From positions 93,062,001 to 93,126,000 of the forward strand of contig OZ260663.1 in assembly GCA_965285935.1 (NCBI GenBank): a DNA stretch of 64,000 bases, written 5' to 3'. The notes under the pieces are model-generated. The model was not told where the DNA came from and did not search any database. It was given only the letters and a program-made list of their open reading frames with translations. Of this stretch, positions 62,549-64,000 are shown in pieces. Source of the DNA: Ophelia neglecta. Lineage: Eukaryota. A program made the translations under genes and the position numbers. How positions within the stretch are numbered: the stretch's first letter is position 1; every line of letters begins with the position of its first letter.

Positions 62549-64000
62549 GTAAGTAATGTAAATACATTATCATATTCCAAGGAACGCCATTTTGCGCAGT
62601 AACCGAGCGTATTGCTCCGCGTGTTAGTATTGCACGGATTGATGGCATGCTTTTAGTGATCTTATCCGTTTTATACGGTTGCTTACAGTTCGGCTTTAAT
62701 GCACATTTTTGTGTATGCAATGGACTATTTTTATTTGGGTCATGTTATTTATGTTGGGGAGGGGTGGGGGGGGAGGAACCAGGCACTTTGAACAAATAAC
62801 TTTCTACGAGAGTAATATTTTGCATGATATGTATTGAATCAAAATACGTGTATTTTCACATATTTAGTATACAATTTCTCAGAAAAGTGTTATAATGTGT
62901 GTTCCTATTGTCATTTACGAAATAAAATTATAAGCAGAATCTACTTAGCATGATATTTTTATAAATCAATCTAACACGATTTTCTTTTAGCATATAACTT
63001 GAGGCTGTCCAAAAAAACTTGGTGCTTGTATGCCCAAAATTAAGTAGAAGCTAACATAAATTTGATTGAAAGTTTATTGGCAAGTATTTCAACGTGTCCA
63101 ACTATTAGGCGTAGGTAAGGGAGTGGATAACCGACAGACAGCGTAAAATATATAATCAGGACGTATCTTTTAACACAGCCCAGAGTCCTTAGGTTCCATC
63201 AGCTGCATGTCCACAAAATTGATTTCCTTAACTTAATGAGCTGTATTTGATGTCATTTGTAATGGGATGAGGATGATTATTACATGAATGGCTATGGAGA
63301 GATTTGTTCATATAAACTGTCAAAGTATGCAGTAATATGATAAAAAACACTCATCGGTTGTATGATTCACCATTGTTGCTTAACGATTTTAGACAGCCCA
63401 CCGCTTGCACTTACTAAATTCCAGTATAATATTTTCAATACACATTTTAGTTGTTGTCTATTACGCTGTCTCGGAACAAAATCGAGGTTGTATAAACCAA
63501 AAACAATACATCCTGAGCATAGCCTGTATTTTTGCAGCAAGGAAAATAATGCGACCACTCGGTTGAAATTTACAGCATATATTACTAAAGTATGGCCAAA
63601 GGGTTTATTAATTGTCATTTGGTATGCAAAGGATTTCTCTAGAAAAAATAATATTCAACGTATTTAAAAAAAAAATTGACTGTCGAATTTCCGTATTGCA
63701 TCGCATTCAATGTAAAGAATTTTTTATATTTTCTTCGCCTGCCGGGAATCCATTCTCGTTTGTCCACATTGTAAATAGCCATGGAATATGTGGTTGCACA
63801 TTCACCTATTCCATGTTAGAACTCGACCCGCGGTGTGGTATATCATGTGATACATATAACTGCTAGTGCAGCGCATCATTGTCAATAGAAAATTCGCACT
63901 CTCTTTTAAAAAATGATATCATTCCATGTTTGGTTCAATGTATAAGGCTTGACTCATGTTTACTACACTATCATTGATCTTTCATTAGGTGCAAATAAAC

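Overview
AT-rich, intron-containing animal (invertebrate, probably lophotrochozoan) genomic DNA. Almost the whole window is a head-to-tail tandem array, all on the + strand, of one uncharacterised family of 8-exon type I membrane receptors. The architecture is signal peptide (E1), SUEL/rhamnose-binding-lectin-fold domain (E2), CUB-like domain (E3+E4), 4-Cys sushi/CCP-like module (E5), stalk (E6), TM helix (E7), and a ~160-190 aa cytoplasmic tail carrying a (F/L)PxLPLPP motif and an invariant HFYHELDPE tyrosine motif (E8). I reconstructed 7 complete, in-frame genes (A2-A8, 527-549 aa), one 5'-truncated gene (A1) and the first exon of a further copy (A9). Interleaved are five first exons of a second, mostly decayed subfamily (B), two with downstream relic exons; one could encode an ectodomain-less 187 aa membrane protein. 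Eleven of the thirteen first exons are preceded by a conserved ~115 bp GC-rich element that folds by hand into a ~60 nt hairpin with apparent compensatory substitutions; only a stub remains before B1 and B2. Other notable points: a hypervariable lectin loop against a near-invariant TM helix, repeated independent loss of a C-terminal ITIM-like tyrosine motif, and a chimeric gene (A4) made by unequal crossover. Intergenic and intronic DNA holds two tRNA-derived SINEs, a 9-bp-TSD DNA transposon, MITEs and short tandem duplications. All models come from manual reading of the sequence; no expression data or database searches were used.
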